Source: an uncultured Iamiaceae bacterium
GTDB lineage: Bacteria > Actinomycetota > Acidimicrobiia > Acidimicrobiales > Iamiaceae
Direction of reading: 5' to 3'
DNA length: 64,000 bases
NCBI GenBank assembly: GCA_964501845.1
Contig: CAZCVS010000001.1
Coordinates: 207 to 64,206 of the forward strand
Position 1 is the stretch's first letter; the number at the start of each line of letters is the position of its first letter. Below, one piece after another: positions 17,950-28,617 of the stretch. Position numbers and translations under genes: made by a program. Below the pieces are notes generated by a model that worked only from the letters and a program-made list of their open reading frames with translations, was not told the origin of the DNA and did not search any database.

Positions 17950-19218
17950 TCACCACCACGCTGCAGGATCGGTCACGTCACGTACGAGGAGGAACAGGCC
18001 GCAGAAGACCTGAAGGGCGAAGACCCCGGACAGGACCACTCGCCGGATCCGTCGATGCCGTGCGTTCGCGCCCCCTGGGGTCGCGGCATCCCCGCGAAGT
18101 TCCTCGGCGAGCGCGAATCGGACCGACTCGACGAACACGACGAACAGTCCGATCTGCGCACCTCCGATGAGGTCTCCGAAGTCGACCTTGCGGGTGATGC
18201 GGAAGAGGTAGTACTGCCCGACGCCAGCGCCGAACACAAGCCATGCCAAGACGACGGACGATGATGACGCGATGCGGCGTCGATGGACGATCGCGACGGC
18301 GACCGGGAACGCACAGGATGCGGCCAGGAAGGGCGCGAAGAACCAGAGCGGTTGGCCCCTCGCCGCGAGGGCGTCCCCGACCACCTTCAGGGGGGCCAGG
18401 GTCGACCCGGGGGCGCCGTCCGGCCCAGAGGCCCGCGCTGGTCCCGCGGTCAGCGCGACCGCGACGAGCGCCGTCGGCAGGAAGACGCCAGCGGCCAGGA
18501 ACCTCCAGGCCACGGTCTGGCCGCGCAGTGCGCGAACGGTGACGTAGACCAGCAACGCAGGCACGAGGCAGATGGTGAACGACGGCTTGGCGCTCCAGGC
18601 GAGCGCCGACAGCGCCGCGCAGATCCAGATGTCGCGGATCGCCGTCGACCTCGCCTCCATGCGATCGACGATGAACCAGAACAGGAGCAGCGCGAACGGC
18701 TTCAGGAACACCGTCGTCGCGCCGTCGAACGTCGTGAAGGTGACGTACCCCCCCAGCAACTGGTGGTTCGACCAGGTGAAGATGGTGATGGGAGCGACCA
18801 GCATGAGGCCGACCGATGCCGCTGCTTGGGTCCAGCCGTACCAGCGAGCGCTTCGCGCGCCGGCGATGGCGAGTAGGCGGAAGTAGACGACCTCGGCAGC
18901 GAGCATGGCGGATCCGACCATGGCCACCACACCGGAGATCTCCCACGTCGCCTGCCGACTGGTCGCTGCCGGGATCACCGTCTCGAGTGCAGCGAAGGGG
19001 ATGAGCGCCCGGATGACGATCGTCGCCTGGAAGAGCAGGTAGTAGGGCGCGAACGACTTCCCCGTCAGCTCCATCTGCTGCGCGTGCAGCAATTGGCCGC
19101 CGAGGTCGGTTCGCAGTCCCGTGGCCACGACCGGGGGCACGTAGAGCGCAGCCACGACGACCCCGAGCAGAACCGGGATGAAGCGCCGAACGAGGCGCGG
19201 TGATGGATCGAGGCTCAT
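17950..19218 (-). CDS. polytopic membrane protein, GT-C-like
   Basis: About 10 hydrophobic segments, TD in the first loop and an AKPS motif; resembles 23974-25284. ATGA overlap at 19215-19218. Confidence 0.6.
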   Translation of the reverse strand: MSLDPSPRLVRRFIPVLLGVVVAALYVPPVVATGLRTDLGGQLLHAQQMELTGKSFAPYYLLFQATIVIRALIPFAALETVIPAATSRQATWEISGVVAMVGSAMLAAEVVYFRLLAIAGARSARWYGWTQAAASVGLMLVAPITIFTWSNHQLLGGYVTFTTFDGATTVFLKPFALLLFWFIVDRMEARSTAIRDIWICAALSALAWSAKPSFTICLVPALLVYVTVRALRGQTVAWRFLAAGVFLPTALVAVALTAGPARASGPDGAPGSTLAPLKVVGDALAARGQPLWFFAPFLAASCAFPVAVAIVHRRRIASSSSVVLAWLVFGAGVGQYYLFRITRKVDFGDLIGGAQIGLFVVFVESVRFALAEELRGDAATPGGANARHRRIRRVVLSGVFALQVFCGLFLLVRDVTDPAAWW

Positions 19219-20345
19219 CGCTTGTGCCCCCAACAGGTGACGCGTCCTCCACCGTCGAGCGAACAGCTCCCGGCATCGGTTGCAGCAACGTTTCGAGCGT
19301 CGCTGGCAGGCGCCGCTCGCACTGCAGCGGCTCGATGGGTTCGCCCACCGTCGCCCAGCTGGCCAGATTCGTTCGCGCCCCAGCACCAGACCTCGCCGTC
19401 GGAGAGGGCGGCGCATGCATGTCGACCGCCAGCGACGAGGTCCACCGCGTTGTCGATGCCGACCAGCTCCGTCGGTCTCGCGCGGTCTGTGCGCTGACCA
19501 TTGCCCAGCTGGCCAAAGCTGTTCGACCCCCAGCACTGCACCCCTCCGGCCGCCAAGCGAGCGCAGGTGAAGTCGTCGCCGGCTACCACCTGGACCACCT
19601 TGCCATCGATGCCCGAGACGGGCGACGGCACCGAAGCGTCGGCCCGGGATCCGTCGCCGAGCTGGCCGAAGCGGTTGAGGCCCCAGCACTCGACACCACC
19701 TTCGCCGGTGATCAGGCAGGTGTGGTTCGCGCCGGCCGCGACCGCCCTCGCACCACCTGAGGTCGCGACGCGCCGAGGACGGTAGCGATCCTCACGGGTT
19801 CCATCGCCGACCTGGCCGAACGCTCCAAGGCCCCAGCAGGACACCTCGCCGTCGGTCTCGAGGGCGCACGTGTGGAAGTCACCGGTCGCGAGCTCCGTCG
19901 CCTCGAGGCTCCCGAGGGCCTTCTCGGGCACGAGGCTCTGCGTGACCCGCTGTCCGTTGCCAAGCTGACCCGCCATGTTCTGACCCCAGCACCACGGTGC
20001 GCCGTCGTCGTCGAGCGCACAGGTGAAGTCGTCGCCAGCGGACACGGCCGACACGACGGGCAGGGCCGGCACGGGCCGCGGGCGCGTCGGCTGACGAAGT
20101 GGATTGCCGTCTCCGGTCTGCCCGAAGGAGTTCGCTCCCCAGCATTCGAGGAAGCCCCCGGTCGTGACCGCGCACATGTGGCGACGACCGCCGTCGAGGG
20201 TGGACGCTCGGAGACCTTCGAGCTCTGCAGGCGCCACGGCCGCATCCTGCGCGGCGCAGCCGGCCAGCACCAATGCAGCCAAGGCCACCACCGAGACGGT
20301 GCGCCATCCGACCGGTCTTCGATCCTCGCCACCCGCCGGATTCAT
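19215..20345 (-). CDS. RCC1-repeat beta-propeller lipoprotein
   Basis: Lipobox LVLAGC; repeated AG.xHTCA...CWG.N.xGQLGDG units. Confidence 0.9.
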   Translation of the reverse strand: MNPAGGEDRRPVGWRTVSVVALAALVLAGCAAQDAAVAPAELEGLRASTLDGGRRHMCAVTTGGFLECWGANSFGQTGDGNPLRQPTRPRPVPALPVVSAVSAGDDFTCALDDDGAPWCWGQNMAGQLGNGQRVTQSLVPEKALGSLEATELATGDFHTCALETDGEVSCWGLGAFGQVGDGTREDRYRPRRVATSGGARAVAAGANHTCLITGEGGVECWGLNRFGQLGDGSRADASVPSPVSGIDGKVVQVVAGDDFTCARLAAGGVQCWGSNSFGQLGNGQRTDRARPTELVGIDNAVDLVAGGRHACAALSDGEVWCWGANESGQLGDGGRTHRAAAVRAAPASDARNVAATDAGSCSLDGGGRVTCWGHKR

Positions 20346-20559
20346 GCGGTGACGCACGGGACCTTGAGGCGGAGGATCACCCGCCCATACTGACAGAGTC
20401 CTTCTGCCGGTCGAGGCGCACCGGGGTGAGGCGGTCGCGCTCGGCGCCGATGGACCTGGTCCCCTGCACGCGGCCGCCGACGGCGACCTGCAGTCTACGC
20501 TGCTCACGGGTGCTCGATGCCGTTGCTGCGCCCGCACCCAGGAGGGGATCGATGACCTC

Positions 20560-22692
20560 GTGAGACGGTCTGAGGGCGAGAAGCGCGCAGCCGACCCGGC
20601 GTCGATGGCGCTCTCGGTCGGGACACGCACCAGGCGGGCCCTCTGGCATCCTGCGTTCCTCGTGCCAGCCGGTCTGGTCGCCGTCGCCGCGGCGTTGGGC
20701 AGCTCACACCTCCTAGTCCTGCTTCTCGCGCTCGTGTGCTTGACCACCGCCCGGGTGGTTGTCGGCGCCCCCTTCGATGCGAAGGTCCAGGCCCTCGCCG
20801 TACAGGCGGGGAAGTTGCTCACAGCGGCGATCTTCGGCCTGATCTACGTGGTGGCGTTCATCCCTGCCTGGGCCCTGAGCCGTCCCCGGTGGCAGCGTGA
20901 CGTCACGGCCCCACCGGCCTGGCTCCACCGCGAACCGAGTCCGTGGGGCAACGAACGACACCCCGGCACCGCGGAGCCGAGCACCGGCGCTCGCAACGGT
21001 CACCCCGTCCTGGTCGCCCTGGGGCTGACCCTTGCCCTCCTCCTCGCCGACCAGGCGATCGGGGCGCTCTGGAACCGGGTCAGCCCTCCCAAGTCCGCCG
21101 AGGGCCCACCGCCCACCCTCATCAACGTGAGCGGATCCGACGCGCCGCCCGACCCGCGCGCCGCAGACCCCGCGATGGGCGGGGTTCCCTGGGCCAACCA
21201 GTACTTCGACGAGCTGAACAACGTCCCGGCGAAGTTCTGGCCGTTCATCGGGATCGTGAACGGCACCTACTCCGGCGAGTACGTCAACGGTGCTGGTTGG
21301 ACCCGCGCCTCCTACGAACCCCCGAAGGGGAGCATCCGCGGACCCCTGATCAGCTTCTACGGCGGCTCGACGATGTTCGGCATCGGACAGCGCGACGGGC
21401 ACACAATCCCGTCGGAGGTCGCCCGCCTCGCCGCATCGGAGGGCTACCCGATCCAGGTGCGGAACCACGGGATGAGCGGGTTCGTGAGCTGGCAGGAGAT
21501 GTTGCTGTTCGAGCACCTCACCGACCAGGGCGAACGGCCCCTGCGGGCCGTGTTCTACGACGGAACGAACGACGTGTACGCCCAGCGCCAGCCCGACACG
21601 CTCGGCTCGCCGACCAACACCGAGGCTGACCAGCTGGCCGACGCCCTCGAGAGCGCGCCGAGCAGTGCGGAGACCGCCGAGCCGACCGACGGGGAGAGCG
21701 GGTGGTGGGACGTCTACCGCCGCGACAGCGCCATCGCTCGCGCGACCACCGCCGTCCGCGACGCCCTCGACGTACCGGCCGGGGCTACCCCGACGGTCGA
21801 CGACCCGACGCCCCAAGAGCAAGGTCAGGCGGCTGCCGAGGTGTACGTTCGGGGCCGGTCGCTGATCGAGTCGATCGCCGGTCGCGCCGACATCGAGCCG
21901 TTGTTCTTCTGGCAACCGGTTCCGAGCTGGGACGACCCGGCGACCGCCTACTCCCACGCGACCGCGGCGCTCAGCGGCCCCACCGTTCCCATCGTGGATT
22001 GCCTCGACGAGCACCCGGAGGTGTACCTCAGCGATGCCCACACCAACGAGATGGGTGCCCGGTTGGTAGCGAAGTGCATGTGGGACGAGCTCGAACCGGC
22101 CGTCGCCCAGTGGTACGAGGAGGAGGGTGTCCCGCGACAAGAGCGCCGACCGGACGTGCTCACCGACCTCGCAGAGCCACTCGCCCATGCCGATCTCGGT
22201 TTGACGGCGACCGATCTCGGGCCTGGGTGGTCTGGTGCCATCGCCGTCCCGAACGTGGTGGCCGACTGCGCCGCGCAGCTGGCTGGACCCGAAGCACGGA
22301 TTCGCACCGGCCCCAGCTACGGGCGTTCGGACCAGACAGGTCAGGCGCGCCTCACGACCGCTGTCATCGAGCTGACCGATGCGGCCCAGGTCGAACGGCT
22401 CCGGTCCGATCTGCGGGGCCCGGCCGGCACTCGGTGCATCACCGAAGCGGCGACGCTCCGCTTAGGGATCGAGGGCGACATCGATCCGATGCCCTTGTCA
22501 TCGGACCAAGACCCCGCGAACGTCGACGCTTGGGTGGCGGGGGTGCGCTACAGCTCCCTGGAGCGCGATGGACAGCTGGCGGGAGCGGCCGTCGCCCGCA
22601 CGGCGCAGCTCGTGATCATCCAGGGCACCGGCTCGGTGACCGGCTGGGCGCCCGATGCGGTCCAGCGAGCGTCTCTGGCCCTCGCGTCCTAG
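20560..22692 (+). CDS. SxtJ-like membrane segment + SGNH-type hydrolase/acyltransferase + C-terminal extra domain
   Basis: TM N-terminus; FYGGSTMFG, FYDGTND and DAHTN blocks; Cys-containing C-terminal domain. Confidence 0.72.
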   Translation: MRRSEGEKRAADPASMALSVGTRTRRALWHPAFLVPAGLVAVAAALGSSHLLVLLLALVCLTTARVVVGAPFDAKVQALAVQAGKLLTAAIFGLIYVVAFIPAWALSRPRWQRDVTAPPAWLHREPSPWGNERHPGTAEPSTGARNGHPVLVALGLTLALLLADQAIGALWNRVSPPKSAEGPPPTLINVSGSDAPPDPRAADPAMGGVPWANQYFDELNNVPAKFWPFIGIVNGTYSGEYVNGAGWTRASYEPPKGSIRGPLISFYGGSTMFGIGQRDGHTIPSEVARLAASEGYPIQVRNHGMSGFVSWQEMLLFEHLTDQGERPLRAVFYDGTNDVYAQRQPDTLGSPTNTEADQLADALESAPSSAETAEPTDGESGWWDVYRRDSAIARATTAVRDALDVPAGATPTVDDPTPQEQGQAAAEVYVRGRSLIESIAGRADIEPLFFWQPVPSWDDPATAYSHATAALSGPTVPIVDCLDEHPEVYLSDAHTNEMGARLVAKCMWDELEPAVAQWYEEEGVPRQERRPDVLTDLAEPLAHADLGLTATDLGPGWSGAIAVPNVVADCAAQLAGPEARIRTGPSYGRSDQTGQARLTTAVIELTDAAQVERLRSDLRGPAGTRCITEAATLRLGIEGDIDPMPLSSDQDPANVDAWVAGVRYSSLERDGQLAGAAVARTAQLVIIQGTGSVTGWAPDAVQRASLALAS

Positions 22693-22728
22693 ATGCGACG
22701 GCGCGGAAGTGCAAGCGCGAGGGCACGC

Positions 22729-22734
22729 TAGAAT
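22729..22734 (+). promoter_or_regulatory. -10 box of leaderless promoter
   Basis: TAGAAT exactly 6 nt before GTG 22741. Confidence 0.6.
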
Positions 22735-22740
22735 CGAGCG

Positions 22741-23838
22741 GTGACACCAGAAAGCCGCCGTCGCGGGTCCAGCACCCGGTCGCTAGCGATCGCCCTCAGC
22801 ATCGGGATGCTCATCGGAGGGGCCGTCGTCAAGGTGGCCACCCCGCAGGAGGCGCAGACCGTCACCGGCGCCTCGTGGCGACCCGCGCGAGGGACCGGGC
22901 AGCGGTTCAGCCCCGAGGAACGAGACGTCGTGCTGGAGTACGCGTTCCAAGATGAGCCGTGGGCCGCGCAGGTGCTCGACGAACGCAACCGGGTGGAGTC
23001 CCAACTCGACCCCGTCCTGGGCTGGAGCTACGTCGACAGCAAAGGCGAGCTCCTGACGGTCCGGGACGGGAAGCGTGCCAGCTACGAACCAGACGATCCG
23101 CAGCTGACCGTCTGGTTCTTCGGCGGCTCGACCCTGTATGGAGGGTCGCAGCGCGACGACTACACGATCCCGTCGATGGTCGCCAAGCTCGCGGAGGACG
23201 ACGGGATCCAGATCCGCCCGGTGAACTTCGGGGTCGAGGGCTACAACGCCTACCAGGGGGCGCTGGCCTTCGGCCGGGCTCTCACAGTCGAACCCGCGCC
23301 CGACCTCGTCGTCTTCTACGACGGGGTGAACGAGTTGGCGACGGCGGTCGAGCGGGTCACCGTGGGGTTCGTCGACCCCGATGTCCCCTATTACGTGGCG
23401 GTCGGGCCCGAGCGCGGGAAGCGAGGCACGTCCGCGGAGACGGCGGCGTGGACCGACGAGGAGCGGAGCCGACGCACGGTGGAGCTCGCGGCCACCCAGT
23501 ACCGGCAGGCAGCCACGATGGCCGATGAGCTGGCCGGCGATGTCCCCGTCGTCAGGTACTGGCAGCCGTCACTTGTCACGACGCCGATGCAGCCGTTCGC
23601 CAAACCCCTTTACCAGCGGCTGGGGGCCGATGAGGCGGCGATGCGCGAGGGTCGTTCCCTGTTCGACGCGATCCGCACTGAGTCCGGGGTCGAGCCCACC
23701 GACCTTCGCGACGCATTGGCCGGCGAGGACAAGCCCACGTTCTTCGACTGGGAGCACACCAACGAGCTTGGTGCCGCGGCGGTCGCCACGGCGATGTACC
23801 AGGATCTCTCCAGCCGGCTGCACGACCTCAGCGGTTAG
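22741..23838 (+). CDS. membrane-anchored SGNH-type protein
   Basis: FFGGSTLYG, FYDGVNE and DWEHTN blocks; TAGAAT-N6-GTG leaderless start. Confidence 0.8.
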   Translation: MTPESRRRGSSTRSLAIALSIGMLIGGAVVKVATPQEAQTVTGASWRPARGTGQRFSPEERDVVLEYAFQDEPWAAQVLDERNRVESQLDPVLGWSYVDSKGELLTVRDGKRASYEPDDPQLTVWFFGGSTLYGGSQRDDYTIPSMVAKLAEDDGIQIRPVNFGVEGYNAYQGALAFGRALTVEPAPDLVVFYDGVNELATAVERVTVGFVDPDVPYYVAVGPERGKRGTSAETAAWTDEERSRRTVELAATQYRQAATMADELAGDVPVVRYWQPSLVTTPMQPFAKPLYQRLGADEAAMREGRSLFDAIRTESGVEPTDLRDALAGEDKPTFFDWEHTNELGAAAVATAMYQDLSSRLHDLSG

Positions 23839-23973
23839 GTTCCGCGAGGGTTTCGCGCGGCCCTTCGGGCTGGGGTCCGCCACCATCGCACCGGTAGGGT
23901 CGCGGCGGGAGGAGCCTTTGGGCATCCGCGGGGCGTGCACGCGCCGGAAAGGGGCCGGCAGCGCCGGCGACAC

Positions 23974-25284
23974 ATGACCGACACCACGACCCAGGATCGG
24001 ACGGCCGATCAGGTCCGCAAGCCCGGAATCGAGTGGCCCTGGGTGGCCTTGGTGGCAGGCCTGCACGCCCTGGTCTTCGGGCCGGTCGCCTACCATGCGC
24101 TCTTTCGACCGGCGCTGGTCTTCCCGAACCTCTGGGTCTGGCACGCCGCCCGGATCCCCGACACCTTCAGTGACCCGCTCAGCCCGGTCCAACCTCACTT
24201 CGGCTGGCACCTGTTCTCCAGGGCGATCGATGTCGTCGTGCCCGGCGCGGATCCGCGTATCGCCGGAACCATCACCTCGATCCTGGCCTCGGCCGGGTTC
24301 GGCGCCGCGCTCTACTTCGTGTTCCGCCGCACCGATGAAGGTCGGCCCCTGCTGGCCCCCGTCGCGGCGGTGATCGCCAGCCTGGCGCTCGCCATGATGG
24401 AGAGCCCGGCGGCGCTGCAGGGCTTCGACGCACTCGCCAGCCCCGCTACCCGGTTCGTGCCGCTCTACTACTCGTTCGTCCCCACCACCCTGGCCTCGAT
24501 GGGGCTGAACGTGGCGATGGTCTGGCTCACCGGGCTCCTGGTCGAAGACCGGCTCGGCCCGACGATGCGGCGCGTCCTGCCCCCGCTGGTCGTCGTCACC
24601 GCCATCGCCAAGCCGAACCTGGTCCCCGCGATCGCGATCGTGGCCCCGGCGCTGGCCTGGCTCACCGCTCGAGGCGCCCCACGCGGGCAGCGGCGGGGCG
24701 TCAGCGATGCCCTCCGCCTCGTCACGCTTCCCGCCGCGGCCGTGACCGTCTTCCAGTTCTCGATCCTGCGCTGGTTCAGCCCGTCGTACTTGACGGGTGG
24801 GATCGCTATCCGTCCGATGTGGGAGCTGCGCGAGTTCGGCGGGCTCGGCTGGCAGTTCTGGTTGATCTGCCTCTTCCCGGTGGTGGCGCTCCTGCTCGTG
24901 CGGACGCCACTGCTGGATGCCTCCGTGCAGGTGGCGCTCGGCTTGTTCGTCGTCGGCCTCGCCGCCTCCGTCGTGTTCGCCCGCTCGGGCGACACCATCT
25001 ACAAGGGCTCGCTGGGTGGTGACATCATCCAACTGGCCGGTGCCGGGGCCGCCGTCCTGCTCATCTTCGGGTGCCGTCGGGTGCTGGTCTTGCGGCAGGA
25101 GGGTCGGGTGTCCGCCCCGGTGCTGGCCATCTTGGCACTGGTCCTGGTCCCGTACCTCGCAGCGGGTGTCGCCACGTGGCGCTGCCAAGGTGCGGGGGCC
25201 ACCTGCTACCCGGCCGAAGCTGCACCTGCCTGGCCCCAGCCCGACGTCGATGACCCAGGGTCCGTGTCGAGCGACGGGTCCTGA
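23974..25284 (+). CDS. polytopic membrane protein, GT-C-like
   Basis: Multiple TM helices and an AKPN motif; resembles 17950-19218. Confidence 0.62.
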   Translation: MTDTTTQDRTADQVRKPGIEWPWVALVAGLHALVFGPVAYHALFRPALVFPNLWVWHAARIPDTFSDPLSPVQPHFGWHLFSRAIDVVVPGADPRIAGTITSILASAGFGAALYFVFRRTDEGRPLLAPVAAVIASLALAMMESPAALQGFDALASPATRFVPLYYSFVPTTLASMGLNVAMVWLTGLLVEDRLGPTMRRVLPPLVVVTAIAKPNLVPAIAIVAPALAWLTARGAPRGQRRGVSDALRLVTLPAAAVTVFQFSILRWFSPSYLTGGIAIRPMWELREFGGLGWQFWLICLFPVVALLLVRTPLLDASVQVALGLFVVGLAASVVFARSGDTIYKGSLGGDIIQLAGAGAAVLLIFGCRRVLVLRQEGRVSAPVLAILALVLVPYLAAGVATWRCQGAGATCYPAEAAPAWPQPDVDDPGSVSSDGS

Positions 25285-25289
25285 TTCCC

Positions 25290-26102
25290 GTGGAGCCCGA
25301 CCAGTACGACCTCATCGCGGCGATCGAGCACGACCATTGGTGGTATCGCGCCATCCGTTGGGCCGTCGGCTTCCTCGTGGGCGGACGCCAGCGACCCGAC
25401 GGCACCCCCCTCCGCATCCTCGACCTGGGCGCCGGCACCGGGGCCGCCAGCTCCGACCTCGAGGGCGTCGTGGCGGTAGACCTGACCGAACGGTCCATGG
25501 CGTTCCTGCGGGATCGGCCGGTGACCGCCGTCCGCGCCGACGCTGCGATGCTCCCCCTCGCGCCCGAGACCTTCGACGTCGTCGTCGCCGTCAACCTCCT
25601 CTACTCGGTAGCTGACCCCGCCGCCGTACTCGCCGAGGTCGCCCGGGTCCTGGTGCCGGGCGGTGCCGTCGTGCTCATCGAACCGGCCTTCCCCTCCTTC
25701 GAGCGAGCCCACGACCGGCGCGTGCAGGGCCGGCGGCGGTTCCGCCGGCCCTACCTCGATCGAGCGCTCGAGCGCGCAGGACTCGAGGTGCGCCGCAGCA
25801 CGTACCTGTTCTCCTTCGGCGCACCCCTCGCGGCAGCTCAGGGCCTTGCCTACCGCCTGCTCCCCTCGGTCGGAGAGGTACCGCCTTCCATCCATCGGTG
25901 GCCGCTCAACCTCGTGCTCGACCTGCTTGCGGCGGCAGAGCGCGCCGTGCTGCGCCGGGTCGAGCTGCCCGTGGGGACCTCGGTCGTGATGTTCGCCGAG
26001 CGCGGCAGCGGTCCCACGCGGGCCAAGGCCGCTTCCGACGGCCGGGCGGCCGCCACGGCATGCAAGACTGCCGGCATGTTGCCAGTCCTCGGGAGACACT
26101 GA
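25290..26102 (+). CDS. class I SAM-dependent methyltransferase
   Basis: HWWY, ILDLGAGTG, ADAAMLP...FDVV and RVLVPGG motifs. Confidence 0.88.
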   Translation: MEPDQYDLIAAIEHDHWWYRAIRWAVGFLVGGRQRPDGTPLRILDLGAGTGAASSDLEGVVAVDLTERSMAFLRDRPVTAVRADAAMLPLAPETFDVVVAVNLLYSVADPAAVLAEVARVLVPGGAVVLIEPAFPSFERAHDRRVQGRRRFRRPYLDRALERAGLEVRRSTYLFSFGAPLAAAQGLAYRLLPSVGEVPPSIHRWPLNLVLDLLAAAERAVLRRVELPVGTSVVMFAERGSGPTRAKAASDGRAAATACKTAGMLPVLGRH

Positions 26103-27019
26103 TGAGGGACCGCCACGACCATCGTCCGCTGGTCCCGGTTCCCAACGTCCCGTCGCCGCAGGACCTGCCCCCGACGATGGTGGACGAGGCCCGCGAGACC
26201 GAGCTCCGTGAGCGGGGCTGGACCGTGGTTCCCCTGCTCAGCGAGCACGAGGTCGACCGGCTGCGAGGCTTCTACCGGCAGCGGGCGTACGGAGGCGGGC
26301 TGAACGATGAGGGTGCCTACGACGACACCTACGCCGAGTTCACCGTCATCCACAGCAAGCCCGAGTTCCGAGAGGCCGCCTACCATGAGATCATCGACGT
26401 CGTGGGACGAAGGGCGGCCCCGCTGCTCGATTCCTATCGTCCACTCGTGGCGAACTTCGTGAACAAGCCACCTGGCACCGGGGTGGTACCCATCCACCAG
26501 AACTGGTCCGTCGTCGACGAGGCAAGGTTCCGATCGGTCTCGGTGTGGGTGGCGCTCACCGATGTGACGCCGTCGAACGGAGCGCTCGAACTCCTTCCGG
26601 GAAGCCACCGCGCCTTTCGAGAGCCGCGAGGCATGTGGGCCTACGAGGCCTTCACCCAGCTCGCCGAGGAGATCCATCCCCGGCTCGAACCGGTCCCGGT
26701 CCGTGCCGGCGAGGCGATCGTCCTCGATGACGCGGTCATCCACTACTCGGCGCAGAATCGGGCCGATTCCGACCGCCTGGCCATCCAGTTGATCATGGTG
26801 CCCGAACAGGCGGAAGCGCGCTTCTACCGGCGACCGCCCGCACCGTCACCGCCCGACCAAGTGCAGGTGTGGTCGGTCACCGAGGGGTTCTTCTGGGACT
26901 TCTGGCACGGCGACGGAGACGAACGTTTCGGATCGGTGGTCGACCACATCTCCCTGGACAGCCAGGGGATGGATGGGGGGACGTTCCGGGCCCGGCTTGC
27001 TGGAGCTGGTGCCAAGTAG
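26102..27019 (+). CDS. PhyH-family Fe(II)/2OG dioxygenase (HQN variant)
   Basis: HQNW, VWVAL, NGAL...PGSH and IHYS motifs; start overlaps the upstream stop. Confidence 0.88.
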   Translation: MRDRHDHRPLVPVPNVPSPQDLPPTMVDEARETELRERGWTVVPLLSEHEVDRLRGFYRQRAYGGGLNDEGAYDDTYAEFTVIHSKPEFREAAYHEIIDVVGRRAAPLLDSYRPLVANFVNKPPGTGVVPIHQNWSVVDEARFRSVSVWVALTDVTPSNGALELLPGSHRAFREPRGMWAYEAFTQLAEEIHPRLEPVPVRAGEAIVLDDAVIHYSAQNRADSDRLAIQLIMVPEQAEARFYRRPPAPSPPDQVQVWSVTEGFFWDFWHGDGDERFGSVVDHISLDSQGMDGGTFRARLAGAGAK

Positions 27020-27075
27020 CCCGACCCGCCATGATGGCGCTCGAAGAGGCGATGACCAGAAGCAGGAGAGGGGAC

Positions 27076-28086
27076 ATGCAGGTTTCGGCAGTCGTTCCCG
27101 TCTACAACAGCGAAGGGTCGCTCGCCTCGCTCGTCGAGCAGCTCGGCGCGGTGCTGGCGGACGCCGCTACCGACCACGAGATCGTGCTGGTGGACGACGG
27201 CAGCATCGACGCATCGTGGGACGCGATCGTCACGCTCGCCGAGCACGTCCCGGGAGTCGTGGGCATCCGCCTGGCGAGGAACGTCGGCGAGCACAACGCC
27301 CTCCTGTGCGGCATCAGAGCGGCCCGGTTCGAGGTCGTCGTGACCCTCGATGACGACCTGCAGAACCCCCCGTCGGAGATCCCGCTGCTGCTCGACGGGC
27401 TCGCCCAGGGCCATGATCTCGTCTACGGCGTGCCCGAACGCGTGCACCACTCCCGTGGTCGGCGTGCCGCAGCCTGGATCTGGAAGTGGATCGCATCGGT
27501 GCTGCTCCGCACGGCCGACGTCCGAGCCGTGAGCAGCTTCCGCGCCTTTCGAACCTCACTCCGCGAGGCGTTCGCCGACGGTCCGAGCCAGGCGATCTAC
27601 CTCGATGAGATGTTGCACTGGGGGGCCACCAGCACCTCGTTCGTGACGGTCCGCCACGCACCGCGCGCCATCGGTCGGTCGAACTACCGGCTGAGCGGCC
27701 TCATCGAGCACACGCTCGACATGATCACGAACTACTCCGTCCGACCGTTGCGTCTCGCCTCGGCCGGCGGAGCGCTGCTCGGCGCGACCTCGGTCTGCCT
27801 CGCCCTCGCCGGATTCGCCACCCGCGGTGACGGCAACCTGGGGATGTGGCTGCTCGCGGCACTCGTGGCGCTCGTCGGCGGATCGATCCTCTTCGCGCTG
27901 GGGATCATCGGCGAGTACCTGGGACGGGTGTTCGTGCGAAGCACGGACCAGCCGCCCTACGTGGTGGCGTCGGTCCGTGCGGGCGCTGCCCAGCGCAGGT
28001 CCCGCACCTGCGGGAGCGTCGAGATCGAGCCGTCAGAGCTCGCCAGCGAGCACGACCGGCCTCAGATCCCGGGGGCTCGCTCGTAG
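27076..28086 (+). CDS. family 2 glycosyltransferase (ArnC/GtrB-like)
   Basis: VVPVYNSE, VDDGS.D, LDDDLQNPP motifs and two TM helices with LGIIGEYLGR. Confidence 0.92.
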   Translation: MQVSAVVPVYNSEGSLASLVEQLGAVLADAATDHEIVLVDDGSIDASWDAIVTLAEHVPGVVGIRLARNVGEHNALLCGIRAARFEVVVTLDDDLQNPPSEIPLLLDGLAQGHDLVYGVPERVHHSRGRRAAAWIWKWIASVLLRTADVRAVSSFRAFRTSLREAFADGPSQAIYLDEMLHWGATSTSFVTVRHAPRAIGRSNYRLSGLIEHTLDMITNYSVRPLRLASAGGALLGATSVCLALAGFATRGDGNLGMWLLAALVALVGGSILFALGIIGEYLGRVFVRSTDQPPYVVASVRAGAAQRRSRTCGSVEIEPSELASEHDRPQIPGARS

Positions 28087-28617
28087 CCGTCGCATCCGGG
28101 TCTCGATGGGCAGGCGCCAGCTGACGTTGACGCCGATGCTGGCTGCCGCGAGCCCGACGATCCCGAGACCAGATGACCCGAGTCGCACGACGGCGACGAC
28201 CGCCGGCAGCAGCGACGCGAGGGTGGTCGCGATCCAACTGACCCACCATCCGAGATAGAACGAGCGGCTGCCGGCCAACTCGGCGATCACGCTGTTGGAG
28301 GAACGGCCGAGGTCGTGGAACGAACGGACCCAGGCGAGCGGGTTGCGTCGGACGCTCCCTGCGGTTCGCGCCGCCGCGCACAAGCACACGTAAGCCAAGC
28401 TGAGCGCCCACACCCCGGCGAGCGCACTCAGGACACCGACCAGGGGCCCGATCGTCTCGGCGTCGTCCATGAACGTCTCGAACCGTGCCCGGTTGAGGAT
28501 CGTCCAGGCCACGGAGCTGACCACCATGAGCCAGTACAGCAGCCGACGGATCCGAGCGGAGCGAAGGCGCGTCAGTTGCGACTCCACGTCGCTCGTCATC
28601 TCGGACCGACTAGCCAC
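28033..28617 (-). CDS. hypothetical membrane protein (about 4 TM)
   Basis: Hydrophobic helices; start overlaps the end of the upstream radical SAM gene. Confidence 0.55.
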   Translation of the reverse strand: MASRSEMTSDVESQLTRLRSARIRRLLYWLMVVSSVAWTILNRARFETFMDDAETIGPLVGVLSALAGVWALSLAYVCLCAAARTAGSVRRNPLAWVRSFHDLGRSSNSVIAELAGSRSFYLGWWVSWIATTLASLLPAVVAVVRLGSSGLGIVGLAAASIGVNVSWRLPIETRMRRLRASPRDLRPVVLAGEL

